64,000 nt of DNA from Candidatus Anstonellales archaeon (GTDB lineage: Archaea; Micrarchaeota; Micrarchaeia; Anstonellales; J096). Of the stretch, positions 20,066 to 29,832 are shown in pieces (the first letter of the stretch is position 1; each line of letters begins with the position of its first letter). Location: assembly GCA_038890615.1 (NCBI GenBank), contig JAWAFI010000001.1, forward strand, positions 162,611-226,610, read 5' to 3'. Under the pieces are notes generated by a model, which saw only the letters and a program-made list of their open reading frames with translations, had not been told where the DNA came from and made no database searches. The position numbers and the translations under genes were made by a program.

Positions 20066-20621
20066 GCGCTGAAATGCCTGCTGCTATCATCTCAATTGCA
20101 ACAGCAGTAAGGAAAAGCCCCAGCACCTTTGAGGTTATGCTGACAAGCTTCATGTTTATTTTTGGGAGCATCAGTGAGAATATGTAGAAAACTATGCCAA
20201 CCAGCAGAAAAGCCAATGTAACATTTGCAAGAAGCTCAAGCTGGCTTATCTCATAAGCCTTTATTGCTATGAATGAAATTGTGGCAGGCCCTGTAAGCAA
20301 AGGGGTTGCAATGATTGAAATGAGGCTATCTATCTCCCCTACATTCTGCTCTCCTTCTGTTTCCCTTACTGTCTCAAGCCCTAGGAGAAGGAGCACTATG
20401 CCTCCTGCTATCCTAAAGGAATCTATGGTAATGTCAAAGACGCCAAATAGAATAGGCCCAATGAATATGATGGACACAGCAACCAAGAAAGCAATGCCAA
20501 CTGAGCCTATTGCTATTGCCTTTACCTCTAGCCTCTTTTTGTATGCTGAAAAAAGCACAGGAAGCGAAGAAAGGGGGTTGAGCAATACGAAAAGCTGGAG
20601 TATGAGAGGTATATTTAGCAT
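20046..20621 (-). CDS. MarC family membrane protein
   Basis: LNPL, SFRIAGGIVL, TPLLTGPATI, GLFL.A.AIEM. Confidence 0.93.
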   Translation of the reverse strand: MLNIPLILQLFVLLNPLSSLPVLFSAYKKRLEVKAIAIGSVGIAFLVAVSIIFIGPILFGVFDITIDSFRIAGGIVLLLLGLETVRETEGEQNVGEIDSLISIIATPLLTGPATISFIAIKAYEISQLELLANVTLAFLLVGIVFYIFSLMLPKINMKLVSITSKVLGLFLTAVAIEMIAAGISALIKASA

Positions 20622-20679
20622 GAGCTTATTGCCAAAGAAAGATTTTTAAAGCAATTGCACTTTTTTTATTGGGGGTTAT

Positions 20680-21210
20680 ATGTTAGAGGCAGTCAGAGTG
20701 CTTGTCATAGAGCCCAATGAAAAAATAGTAGAGCAGGCAATGAAAGGCATTTCAGAGGAAGCAATAGGGAAGGTTAGAGTGGAGGCAGCAAAAAACATAG
20801 CGGAAGCAGTTTCGCTCTTTATGGAAAGGAATTACCATTATGTTCTAAGCTCACTTTTCAAGGACGGCTCTATTGATTCTGAGCACTATGATTACGTGCT
20901 GTTGAGCTGCCTTGTCGGAAAATGCCCTGTCGCTTTCCTGCAAGAGAGCAATGGGAAGGTATGGGTTGAGGCAATAAGCTCAGATGGGGTGTATAGCATA
21001 ATAAAGGCAAGGAAAAGCAATGAAGGAAAGGCCTTTATGCTTAAAGGTACAGTGGACTTCAAGAGCCTTGATGCTAGCATCAGCAGCCATAAAGCATGGG
21101 CAGAGGCGTTCAGGGTGCTTAGGAAAGTAGAGCTTGACTCGCTTGAAGAAAAAGGATTTATTAGCTCAGAGCAGAAGCCTAGCTCTAAAACCCAAAAACT
21201 CAACCCTTAG
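20680..21210 (+). CDS. Hypothetical protein with degenerate receiver (CheY)-like N-terminus
   Basis: VRVLVIE...VEAAKNIAEAV...YHYVLSS pattern; acceptor Asp missing. Confidence 0.5.
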   Translation: MLEAVRVLVIEPNEKIVEQAMKGISEEAIGKVRVEAAKNIAEAVSLFMERNYHYVLSSLFKDGSIDSEHYDYVLLSCLVGKCPVAFLQESNGKVWVEAISSDGVYSIIKARKSNEGKAFMLKGTVDFKSLDASISSHKAWAEAFRVLRKVELDSLEEKGFISSEQKPSSKTQKLNP

Positions 21211-21868
21211 GTATCATTGAAGCCACAAGGCTTGCCAAGCTCCTTACTGAGTGGGTTTCGTAGTAAAGCCTGCCAGGCCCGTGCACCTTGAACATTATAC
21301 CTTCGCCTCCAAGAATCTTTGAGGCAAGGCCATGGCCTGCAATGAACTTTTCTATCTTCATCTTCGTGCTCGCAGCAATGAATGAGCCATTGTCAACATA
21401 AAATGTCTCTCCATCCTTCAGCTCTTTTTCAACAATAGAACCCCCTGCGCCTATGAAAACAGTGCCTTTTCCTTTTACAAGCGCAAAGGCAAGCCCAGAG
21501 CCTGCTGTAAGGCTTGTCAAGCCGCCTAGCTTGGCTGTAACCTCAACCTCCCCTGTGTGGGCAAAGTAGCAGTTGTCTCCAAGCAAATACTCCTCATTGT
21601 CAAGCTCTATGGCTGCAACATCGCCAGCAATAGGGCCTGCAAGCACAACCTTTGCCTTCTCCTGTGCTGTTATCTTGTTTATAAAAAGGCTCTCACCGCC
21701 ACCCAAGCTTCTCATCAATGCCCCCCCTAAACCCCCTTGGAGCTTTGACTCAAGCTTTATCTCCCCACTGGAAGAAACCAAAGCCCCTGGCTCTGCGTTG
21801 CATACCTCTCCTTTCTCTAAGTCCAGCTCCACATATGAGCCAAATGCCCTCTTTATTGTATACTTCAT
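21200..21868 (-). CDS. AIM24/TIGR00266 family protein
   Basis: AEPGALV, GGESLFIN, VDNGS, GGEG...GPG. Confidence 0.94.
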   Translation of the reverse strand: MKYTIKRAFGSYVELDLEKGEVCNAEPGALVSSSGEIKLESKLQGGLGGALMRSLGGGESLFINKITAQEKAKVVLAGPIAGDVAAIELDNEEYLLGDNCYFAHTGEVEVTAKLGGLTSLTAGSGLAFALVKGKGTVFIGAGGSIVEKELKDGETFYVDNGSFIAASTKMKIEKFIAGHGLASKILGGEGIMFKVHGPGRLYYETHSVRSLASLVASMIPKG

Positions 21869-21918
21869 AGTAAGATAAAAAAAGCAAGGTTTATAACCAT
21901 AAGCGTGAAAGCCTCTTT

Positions 21919-23409
21919 ATGATAAGGGAGGCAGTGGGATTGCTGGCTCTTCTTATAGCAATATACTTCGTGCTTCTCAATGTTGAGGTTGAGAAAGACA
22001 TTATGCAGAAAGGGATATTGATGTCAGCTTTCAGCAACTATACCTTTGCCTCCCCTGATGGCTTCATGATTGTCTATGAGGTTACAGGAAAGGAGCCATT
22101 TGATGTGCATGGAAATGGGTGCAATGACCAAAAAACGTACTTTAGCAGGGGCGAATGCAAGGGCTCATTCTCTATTTTCAACAAGAACAGCAGGATGAAC
22201 AACGTTCAGGTTAAGATAAGGGAAAGGATGAGGTTTATTGATGCATTGAGAAGCGACATAATCGTTGTGCAGGATGCTGAATACCTTGTGCCTCCAGCCA
22301 AATGCAATGAGAATAATGAATGCGGGTATGACCAGGGCTGTGTCAACCTTACATGCATGCAGAAAGGAAAATACTGCGATGACGACGGGGATTGCATGGA
22401 TGGGGATAGATGCTCCTCTACTGGAGGATGCATAGCTATAGCAGAAATAGAGAGGTGCGGGGATGGGGTTTGCCAGCCAGCAGAAACAATAGCTGGATGC
22501 CCTTCTGATTGCTTTGGGACATATACAGAGGATTACAGAGGGCTGAAGAAGGCAGTTTTCAATTTCCCTTACAACAACACAACTGTAAAGATAGAGGTTT
22601 ATATAAACAACAGCACTTACAGCAGCTACAAGGGGAGGGAAAGGACTTATGTTGGGTTTATATATGGGGACAGGACCTACCTTGATGTAAGCCCTTACAT
22701 ATTAGAGGGATACAAAGAGGCAGGGGTAAAAGACGCTGCAGCAGCAATAAGGGCAAAGGCAGCAGAGATTGGCGCTGATGAGGCAGAGCTTGCTCTCTTG
22801 TTTGTGCAGAGCATCAATTACGAAGTTGATGCCCTTTATGCCCCTTATGATGATTATCCAAAATACCCTATTGAAACAATTGTTGACGGCTTTGGCGACT
22901 GCGAGGATACCACAATACTGCTTGCATCACTGCTAATGAACATGGGGCATGAATCAGTGCTGGTTTACACCCCTGGCCATGTAGGGCTTGGGGTGGCTGG
23001 CGACTACAAAGGGAGGTATTTTGAGCATGGTGGGAAAAGGTGGTTCTATGCAGAAACCACTTCTTATGGCTGGGGCTTTGGGGAGATGCCCGCTGACCTA
23101 GGGGGGAAGGCAACAATTGCAGAGATAAGGGGGCTTGAAAGCAACTTCTTGCTCACCATAGAAGGGATGGAATGCACTGCAGAGAGGTGCATACTAGAGG
23201 GCTCTGCGGACCACGGAAATGTAAAGGCAGGCTACATAAGGGATGATGCCCCTCTGGAGGTAATTGACTATAGGGGGGTCACAGCAAAGGGCGGAAGGTG
23301 GAGGATTGAGCTGGGCAGGCCTATACCAGGAGCAAGGGTGGCAATATGGGTTGAGGAAGGAGGCAGGAAAGTAGCAGGGCCTATTTACACGCTTCCCATA
23401 AGCATTTAA
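21919..23409 (+). CDS. Membrane-anchored transglutaminase-like protein with Cys-rich modules
   Basis: N-terminal TM; CGDGVC..E....CPSDC; FVQSINY, PKYPIET, GDCED, GHVGLGV, YAETT. Confidence 0.88.
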   Translation: MIREAVGLLALLIAIYFVLLNVEVEKDIMQKGILMSAFSNYTFASPDGFMIVYEVTGKEPFDVHGNGCNDQKTYFSRGECKGSFSIFNKNSRMNNVQVKIRERMRFIDALRSDIIVVQDAEYLVPPAKCNENNECGYDQGCVNLTCMQKGKYCDDDGDCMDGDRCSSTGGCIAIAEIERCGDGVCQPAETIAGCPSDCFGTYTEDYRGLKKAVFNFPYNNTTVKIEVYINNSTYSSYKGRERTYVGFIYGDRTYLDVSPYILEGYKEAGVKDAAAAIRAKAAEIGADEAELALLFVQSINYEVDALYAPYDDYPKYPIETIVDGFGDCEDTTILLASLLMNMGHESVLVYTPGHVGLGVAGDYKGRYFEHGGKRWFYAETTSYGWGFGEMPADLGGKATIAEIRGLESNFLLTIEGMECTAERCILEGSADHGNVKAGYIRDDAPLEVIDYRGVTAKGGRWRIELGRPIPGARVAIWVEEGGRKVAGPIYTLPISI

Positions 23410-23431
23410 AAGCATCAAGCATACTAGCATC

Positions 23432-24127
23432 ATGAATTACCTATTCGCTGAAAACAAAGAAAGCACAGGAATAAGGGAGCTTGACATAATAATGGAAGGG
23501 GGCTTCACAAAGCCAGGCATAGTGGCAATAAAAGGGGATGTTGGCAAGGAGATGAATTATTTTGCCCTGAGCTTTGCAAGCGAGGTAATAAAGCGGGGCG
23601 GCCTTGTCTTCTACAATGTAAGCACAACAGTGCCTTCTGATATAGAGAAGAAGGCAGAGGACATGAGCATGAACATAAAGACCTTTGTGAACGACCAGCT
23701 CTTTTTTATAGACAGCTACTCAGGAATTTCAGGGCAGAGGGATGTGAATAGGCACGATATAATTGTAGAGAGCCCATCGCTTCTTAATGAGCTCTCCTTA
23801 GCGATAAACGATGCCTTAGAAAAGGCAAAGGGCAAAAACTTTGCTTTTATCTTCCACACAGCATCTGCGTTCCTTCTTCACAATGAGCCTGCTTCGGTAG
23901 TTAAATTTTTCCAGCTTAACTTAGGGAAGATAAAGACCGCTGGGGGCATAGCCATACTCTTGATAGACAAGGGAACTGAGCAAAAGGACTTCATAAGCTT
24001 TGTTGAGTATATAACAGATGACTATATTACGATAGATGTAAAGGAGGGCACTGGTTATTTGAACATAAGCGGGATAAATGTCAGCATACCTATAAGGTCT
24101 ACTGCTGTGGGGGTTGAAATACTATGA
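23432..24127 (+). CDS. RAD55/KaiC-like RecA-fold protein with degenerate Walker motifs
   Basis: STGIRELD..MEGG, FIDSYS; Walker A reads GDVGKEMN. Confidence 0.8.
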   Translation: MNYLFAENKESTGIRELDIIMEGGFTKPGIVAIKGDVGKEMNYFALSFASEVIKRGGLVFYNVSTTVPSDIEKKAEDMSMNIKTFVNDQLFFIDSYSGISGQRDVNRHDIIVESPSLLNELSLAINDALEKAKGKNFAFIFHTASAFLLHNEPASVVKFFQLNLGKIKTAGGIAILLIDKGTEQKDFISFVEYITDDYITIDVKEGTGYLNISGINVSIPIRSTAVGVEIL

Positions 24128-24447
24128 ACGAGGATGAAAAATTGAGCAAGGTGATTGAGGACCTTAAGCAGGATGGGATAAAGGCAGCGGTCTTAACAAG
24201 GACAGGGGAGACTGTTGTCTCTTCTTTCAACACAAAAGGGATAGGCCAGTTGATTGCTAAGGCGTACAACACTGCGCAGCTCCTTATGGCTGAGAATGAG
24301 GACAAGATAGGGAACTTTACAATAAAAGGGGATAGCAGGTATATTTTCATTTACGAAATAGGGGAGGGCAAGCTGCTTGTAGGAATATCTTCTAAGGAAG
24401 AGGATGAGAAGATAATAAGGGGAAGCGCCCTCATGCTCAAAGGGTAA
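24124..24447 (+). CDS. Small roadblock/LC7 (MglB)-like protein
   Basis: 107 aa; AAVLTRTGETVVSS and IFIYEIGEGKLLVGI beta pattern. Confidence 0.6.
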   Translation: MNEDEKLSKVIEDLKQDGIKAAVLTRTGETVVSSFNTKGIGQLIAKAYNTAQLLMAENEDKIGNFTIKGDSRYIFIYEIGEGKLLVGISSKEEDEKIIRGSALMLKG

Positions 24448-24451
24448 TCCC

Positions 24452-25354
24452 ATGGAAGAGCGCGAGGTTGTTATAATAGGTTCAGGCATAGCAGGAGCAA
24501 CAGCAGCAATATACACAACGAGGGCTCTGCTTGACACGCTTATTGTTTCTTCAGGGCCTTTCGGAGGGCAGATGCTTGAAACTGAGAAGATATGCAACTG
24601 GCCAGGCGAAAGGGAAATATCTGGCTTTGAGCTTGCACAGAAGCTAAAGGAGCATGTGCTTGGCCTTGGTGCAGAAGTAAGGGAATTTACAAACGTTGAA
24701 AGCGTAGACCTGCGAAACAAGATTGTGACCACTATGGGCGGAGGGATAAAGGCAAAGGCAATAATCATAGCAACAGGGGAAAAGCCAAAAGCCCTTGGGG
24801 CAAAGGGTGAGACCGAATTCAGAGGCAGGGGGGTAAGCTACTGCTCTACTTGCGACGGTCCTTTTTATACTGGCAAAAAGATATTAGTCGTTGGAGGCGG
24901 GAATTCAGCTTTCCAAGAAAGCCTTTACCTTTCAAGGTTTGCATCAGAGATAACCTTGGTGCACAGGAGGGATGAGTTCAGGGCAGAGCAGGCGCTAGTC
25001 AAGGAAGCAAAGGAAAACCCAAAGATAAAGTTCATGACATCTGCTGCAATTGAGGAGATAAAGGGCTCTGGAAGGGTTGAATCTGTGGTTTTGAGAGATT
25101 TAAAAGAAGGAACAAGCAAGGAGATCCAAACAAATGGGGTTTTCATTTTCATAGGGTCAACACCTAGGTCTGAGATTTTTGAGGTTGAGAAGGATGAAAA
25201 AGGCTATATAATCATTGATGAGCATATGCGCACAAGCGTTGAGGGGGTTTTTGCAGCAGGGGATGTTGCGAACACCCCAATAAAGCAGCTTGTTGTGGCA
25301 GCAGGCACAGGGGCAATAGCAGGGGTTTCTGCTTACGAATACCTAAAAGGGTGA
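24452..25354 (+). CDS. trxB: Thioredoxin-disulfide reductase
   Basis: GSGIAG, GVSYCSTCDG, GGGNSA, HRRDEFRA, GVFAAGD. Confidence 0.97.
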   Translation: MEEREVVIIGSGIAGATAAIYTTRALLDTLIVSSGPFGGQMLETEKICNWPGEREISGFELAQKLKEHVLGLGAEVREFTNVESVDLRNKIVTTMGGGIKAKAIIIATGEKPKALGAKGETEFRGRGVSYCSTCDGPFYTGKKILVVGGGNSAFQESLYLSRFASEITLVHRRDEFRAEQALVKEAKENPKIKFMTSAAIEEIKGSGRVESVVLRDLKEGTSKEIQTNGVFIFIGSTPRSEIFEVEKDEKGYIIIDEHMRTSVEGVFAAGDVANTPIKQLVVAAGTGAIAGVSAYEYLKG

Positions 25355-25358
25355 AATT

Positions 25359-25976
25359 ATGAAAAAATTTACATATAAAGGGGTTGAGATGGAGCTGATT
25401 GGGCATGCAAGTGTGAAAATAAAAGCAGGCAAAGAAGTGATATACATTGACCCCTATGCAGTTAAGCAAGGAGCAGAGAAGGCAACGATAATACTTTACA
25501 CGCACGGCCATTTTGACCACTGCGTTGAAGCAGCGCCAATAACCGCAAAGGATACAATTAAGATAGGCAGGGGGTGCAAGCATGCGCAGGCAAACATAGA
25601 GATTGGGGAGACGGTGGAGATACGCGATGTGAAGATAACTGCAGTGGATGCTTACAACCCTGCAAAGCCGTTCCACCCAAAAGGGGAGGGTGCTGGCTTC
25701 ATTATATCCATAGGGGGCATAAGGATATACCATGCAGGGGACACAGACTTTATTCCAGAGATGGCAAGATACAAGGCAGAAGTAGCTTTCCTTCCCATAG
25801 GGGGAACATACACAATGGATGAAAAAGAGGCAGCAGAGGCAACAAAAGTGATTCAGCCAGAGGTTGTAATCCCAATGCACTACAACTACCTTGCACAGAC
25901 AAAGGCAGAGCCATCTTATTTTGAAAAGCTTGTGCAACAGCTAGCCCCTTCTGTCAAGGTGGTAGCTCTTGAATGA
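25359..25976 (+). CDS. MBL-fold metallo-hydrolase
   Basis: THGHFDH, YHAGDT, PMHY. Confidence 0.95.
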   Translation: MKKFTYKGVEMELIGHASVKIKAGKEVIYIDPYAVKQGAEKATIILYTHGHFDHCVEAAPITAKDTIKIGRGCKHAQANIEIGETVEIRDVKITAVDAYNPAKPFHPKGEGAGFIISIGGIRIYHAGDTDFIPEMARYKAEVAFLPIGGTYTMDEKEAAEATKVIQPEVVIPMHYNYLAQTKAEPSYFEKLVQQLAPSVKVVALE

Positions 25977-26706
25977 GCTTGATGCAGCCAAAAAGGCCGC
26001 TATGCTGGCAGGAAAAATAACTAGGAAAGCCTTCTTTGGCTCATTCAAAATAGAAAAAAAGGAAAGCAGGGAGTTTGTGACAAGCGCTGACAAAGAAGCA
26101 GAGAGAATAGTAAGAAGGGTGCTTTCTGAAAATTTTCCGGATTATGCAATTGTTGGAGAGGAGCTTGGGGAAAAGGAAGGCAAAGAGGCAAAATGGTATA
26201 TAGACCCTATAGATGGCACCCACAACTTCATGCAGCACATACCTTTTTTCAACACATCAATAGCTCTTGAAAAAGACGGGGAGGATAGGATAGGGGTTGT
26301 TTACAACCCGATATTGGATGAGATGTTTTGGGCTGAGAAAGGGAAGGGCGCGTTCATGAACAAAAAGCGCATAAGGGTTGGCGAGCCCAAGGAAGGTGCG
26401 CTTTTTGCAGGCACCTGCTATACGAGCAAAAATATTGATGAAGCAGCTAAACTGATCTCAAAGTTTAGCAAAAAATATGGCTCTATGAAGAAGTATGGCA
26501 GCGCTGAGCTTGAGCTTTGCTATGTTGCAGCAGGGTTCCTTGATGCTTTTATGGGAATAGACCTGAAGCTCTGGGATTTCAAGGCAGGGGTTGTAGTGGT
26601 AAGGGAAGCGGGTGGGATTGCTGAAGAGGTAGTCTTTGGCAAAAGGCGATACCTTGTTGCTTCCAACATAAAGATGTTCCCAAAGCTTGTGGAGCTGGCT
26701 AAGTAA
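25969..26706 (+). CDS. Inositol monophosphatase family protein
   Basis: VT.AD, GEE, IDPIDGTHNF, WDFKAG. Confidence 0.95.
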   Translation: MNELDAAKKAAMLAGKITRKAFFGSFKIEKKESREFVTSADKEAERIVRRVLSENFPDYAIVGEELGEKEGKEAKWYIDPIDGTHNFMQHIPFFNTSIALEKDGEDRIGVVYNPILDEMFWAEKGKGAFMNKKRIRVGEPKEGALFAGTCYTSKNIDEAAKLISKFSKKYGSMKKYGSAELELCYVAAGFLDAFMGIDLKLWDFKAGVVVVREAGGIAEEVVFGKRRYLVASNIKMFPKLVELAK

Positions 26707-27071
26707 TGAAGGAGATTGAAGTAAAAACATCAAAGAAGTGCGAGGTTGTGGACATAACAGAGCTGATTGAAGCAAAGGGAAAGGCAGTGCTTGTTTTTGT
26801 TCCTCACGCTACTTGTGGTTTGGTAATAAATGAATTTGAGGAGAACATAAAGGAAGATATGGAGAGGTATTTTGGAGGCATGGCAAAGGGCGAATGGAAG
26901 CACAATGCCATAGATGATAATGCAGAGGCACACCTTTCTGCTGCCCTACTAAAGCCATTCATTTTAATACCTGTGAGTGGAGGAAGGCTTTTGCTAGGAA
27001 CATGGCAGAGGGTGCTTCTGATTGAGCTGGATGGGCCGCGGAAAAGGAGGGTAATAATCCAAGACCTTTAA
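26706..27071 (+). CDS. yjbQ: YjbQ/UPF0047 secondary thiamine-phosphate synthase-like protein
   Basis: PHATCG..INE, NA.AHL, LGTWQ, ELDGPR.R. Confidence 0.95.
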   Translation: MKEIEVKTSKKCEVVDITELIEAKGKAVLVFVPHATCGLVINEFEENIKEDMERYFGGMAKGEWKHNAIDDNAEAHLSAALLKPFILIPVSGGRLLLGTWQRVLLIELDGPRKRRVIIQDL

Positions 27072-27106
27072 CTGCACAAAGATTTAAAAAAAGGCTATGT
27101 AAATAT

Positions 27107-27343
27107 ATGTGTGGTTATATAGTGTTAAAGCAGAGGAAATTTTCAGGAAGAGAAGGTGGTGGCTCCATAGGCAAGGAGGACATACTGCAGCCAGAAAAGA
27201 GCCAAGCGCACTATTCAGAGTTCCTAATGAAAATACTTTCCCACCTCACTGATAGCAGCGGCAAGCTTGACCAAGTGAAACTTAGGCAGCTAAGCAAAGA
27301 GGACTATGAGAAATTGATAGAGGCAGGAAGGTACTTTAGGTAG
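27107..27343 (+). CDS. Small hypothetical protein
   Basis: 78-aa ORF after a TATA-like TTTAAAAA; start uncertain. Confidence 0.5.
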   Translation: MCGYIVLKQRKFSGREGGGSIGKEDILQPEKSQAHYSEFLMKILSHLTDSSGKLDQVKLRQLSKEDYEKLIEAGRYFR

Positions 27344-27349
27344 AATGAC

Positions 27350-28312
27350 TTGAACAAAGAGGCAGCAAAATGCTTCTTTGTGCTTTTCATGTCGTTCTCT
27401 TCAAAATACGTTTTCAGGGATACACAGCGCTCTGTCAATGAGATATCAAAGGAGATTATAAAAGGAATGGATTTGAACTTCAACATACCTGAGATAAGGG
27501 AGCTTGAGGAGTTCAACAAAATCAACGGGAAGGTAGATAAAAAGAACCCTAACTTCCTTATAGAGGCAGCAAGGGCCTTTGAATTGGCATCTAACTACTC
27601 AGAATTTACTCATGTTGCGTGGATCCTTGGGCTGGAGTGGGTTGAGGTGCTCAATGAGCCGCGCATACTGCTTCCACTAAGGGAGGTAGCGATAAGCAAG
27701 ACGAAGGATGAAGCTCTCTGCATAGAGCACTGCGAAGCCATAACCAATATTTTCACTGACCCTCAAGATAGGTACTCTGGCTTTACAACGGCTATAAGCA
27801 TATGCGAATCTATAGGGCTTGTAAAGCATGCAAACAAGTACACCCTGAGGAGCATAGATCACAGGGAAGAGGAGCTTGATGCGCTATTAAAAGAGGGAAA
27901 GGACAATAGTGATCGTGATGTGCTCGTAGTCCTTGAGAGATTAGTGGCGCTTTACAAAAGGGCAGTGTTCAAGATGAAGAGATTTGATTTGAAAGATAGG
28001 CTAATGGACAGGATCTCATTGCTTAAGGAAGGCTACAGGAAGGTTGCAGAAAAAGAAGGCAGCGAGGGAGCAGAGGAAGCATTGGTAAACTATAGGAAGT
28101 ATTACATGCTGGAAAGAGAGATAATGAACCTGCTGTCCCAAAAAGAAGCAAAGGCTACAAAGCCGGTTGAGCAGATAGAGCAAAACAAGAAAGAAGCCAT
28201 GCAAGGTATTATTAATAGAATAAAGGATGCAATAGAGTTAATGAAGAAAGGGGATGCTAGCGCTGCTGAAGACAAGATAAAAGAAGCTGAGGAGGCACTT
28301 GGAAAGATATAA
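27350..28312 (+). CDS. Hypothetical helical protein
   Basis: 320-aa ORF with host-like codon usage. Confidence 0.75.
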   Translation: MNKEAAKCFFVLFMSFSSKYVFRDTQRSVNEISKEIIKGMDLNFNIPEIRELEEFNKINGKVDKKNPNFLIEAARAFELASNYSEFTHVAWILGLEWVEVLNEPRILLPLREVAISKTKDEALCIEHCEAITNIFTDPQDRYSGFTTAISICESIGLVKHANKYTLRSIDHREEELDALLKEGKDNSDRDVLVVLERLVALYKRAVFKMKRFDLKDRLMDRISLLKEGYRKVAEKEGSEGAEEALVNYRKYYMLEREIMNLLSQKEAKATKPVEQIEQNKKEAMQGIINRIKDAIELMKKGDASAAEDKIKEAEEALGKI

Positions 28313-28348
28313 AGGCATGATTTTTAAACTATTTGATTATAAGATAGC

Positions 28349-29731
28349 ATGGATTTTATAACTTTAGGGATATTCTTGGCAATAGCGGGGATACTTTTCT
28401 TAGGGTTCATAAGCGAACTCCTCCTAAAAAAGTTTGAAATACCTGGCGTTTTGCTTCTGCTTTTTGCAGGTCTTATAGCAGGCCAGGCAATAAGCATGTA
28501 CGGGGCTGAATACGGGCTCAGCCAGCAAACATTCCTCAGCTTCAAATCCATAATAGGGGCGCTAACATTGGTAATGCTACTTTTTGATGGCGGGATGCTT
28601 CTTAACATCTACACTGTTATAAAGAACAGCATAAGGCCTATGGTATATGGGGTGCTGATAATAATATTTACTGCTGCTGCAGTTGGGCTGATAACCCACT
28701 TTGTTTTTGGGTGGAACCTGCTGGTAGGTCTTCTTCTTGGGGTTGTGCTTGGTGGTAGCAGCCCTGCAATAACCATTCCAATAGCAAAAAGGCTTAAGGT
28801 TGATGATAAAACCAGGACTTTTATAATGCTTGAACCCTCCTTTACCGATGTCATGTGTGCTGTGCTTGTTGTAACGCTTACAGGGTCGTTTTTTTCTGGA
28901 GCAACGCTAGACCCAAGGGAGACTGGAAAGGACCTTTTGGCGCAGTTCTCAATTGGAGCTGTGATAGGAGGCATAATAGGGGTCATTTGGCTTGTGCTCC
29001 TAAAGAAAGTGGAGAAGATTACAGAATACATATACATGGCAACCTTTGCAGTTCTTCTCCTTATGTTTGTAGTGGTTGAGTACTTTGAGGCAAGCGGCTA
29101 TATAGCAGCGCTTATCTTTGGGCTTGTGCTGGGAAACAGGAACGAGATAGCAAACATGCTTAAGCTTGAGGTGCAAGCAAAGGACGAAACAGAGCGATTG
29201 AGGCCTTTCCACGCAGAGCTTTCGTTCCTTGTAAGGACATTCTTCTTTGTTTACCTTGGGCTCATTGTGCCCCTGCCTGGCATTAAGGTGCTCTTGATAA
29301 GCGCATTAGTGATGGTTGGATTGATTGTTGCAAGATACATAGCAACTGTACTAAGCACTATGAAAAGCGAGATGGCAAAGTACAGGATGCTTATAAGCTC
29401 CTTTGTTGACAGGGGGCTTAGCGTTGCAGTGCTTTCTACTTACCCCTTAAGTTACGGGGGAATAATACCTGCCAATGTTGACCTCTTCCCAAGCATAGCT
29501 TTCACTATAATAGTATTTTCCTCTATTGTAAGCACGATAGGGATATACATGTTCAGGCCTAAGGAAGTTTTGGACATTGGCGAGCCCCCTGATGAGGCGG
29601 CTGCTGGGCTTGAAAAGCACAAGCCATATAAGAAGCATGAAAGGGAGCTTGTAACAAGGTATATACAAAAGGAGCCAAAGCATAAGGAGACCCTTGAAGA
29701 AGAGAGGGCTAAGGAGCCATCTGATTCTTAG
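28349..29731 (+). CDS. Cation:proton antiporter (CPA1/NhaP-like)
   Basis: Multi-TM; LFDGG, EPSFTD, RTFFFVYLG, RGLS.AVL. Confidence 0.93.
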   Translation: MDFITLGIFLAIAGILFLGFISELLLKKFEIPGVLLLLFAGLIAGQAISMYGAEYGLSQQTFLSFKSIIGALTLVMLLFDGGMLLNIYTVIKNSIRPMVYGVLIIIFTAAAVGLITHFVFGWNLLVGLLLGVVLGGSSPAITIPIAKRLKVDDKTRTFIMLEPSFTDVMCAVLVVTLTGSFFSGATLDPRETGKDLLAQFSIGAVIGGIIGVIWLVLLKKVEKITEYIYMATFAVLLLMFVVVEYFEASGYIAALIFGLVLGNRNEIANMLKLEVQAKDETERLRPFHAELSFLVRTFFFVYLGLIVPLPGIKVLLISALVMVGLIVARYIATVLSTMKSEMAKYRMLISSFVDRGLSVAVLSTYPLSYGGIIPANVDLFPSIAFTIIVFSSIVSTIGIYMFRPKEVLDIGEPPDEAAAGLEKHKPYKKHERELVTRYIQKEPKHKETLEEERAKEPSDS

Positions 29732-29738
29732 GAGTGGA

Positions 29739-29832
29739 AGGGCCCGACGGGATTCGAACCCGCAACCACCTGGTAACCTCAGCTTTGGCGCTTCCGAAGC
29801 CAGGCGCGCTATCCTGGTTACGCTACGGGCCC
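29739..29832 (-). tRNA. tRNA-Arg(TCG) with 19-nt intron at 37/38 (29775-29793)
   Basis: GGGCCCG...CGGGCCC-T; CCTGG-CTTCGG[intron]A-CCAGG; CTTC/GAGG central helix. Confidence 0.93.
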
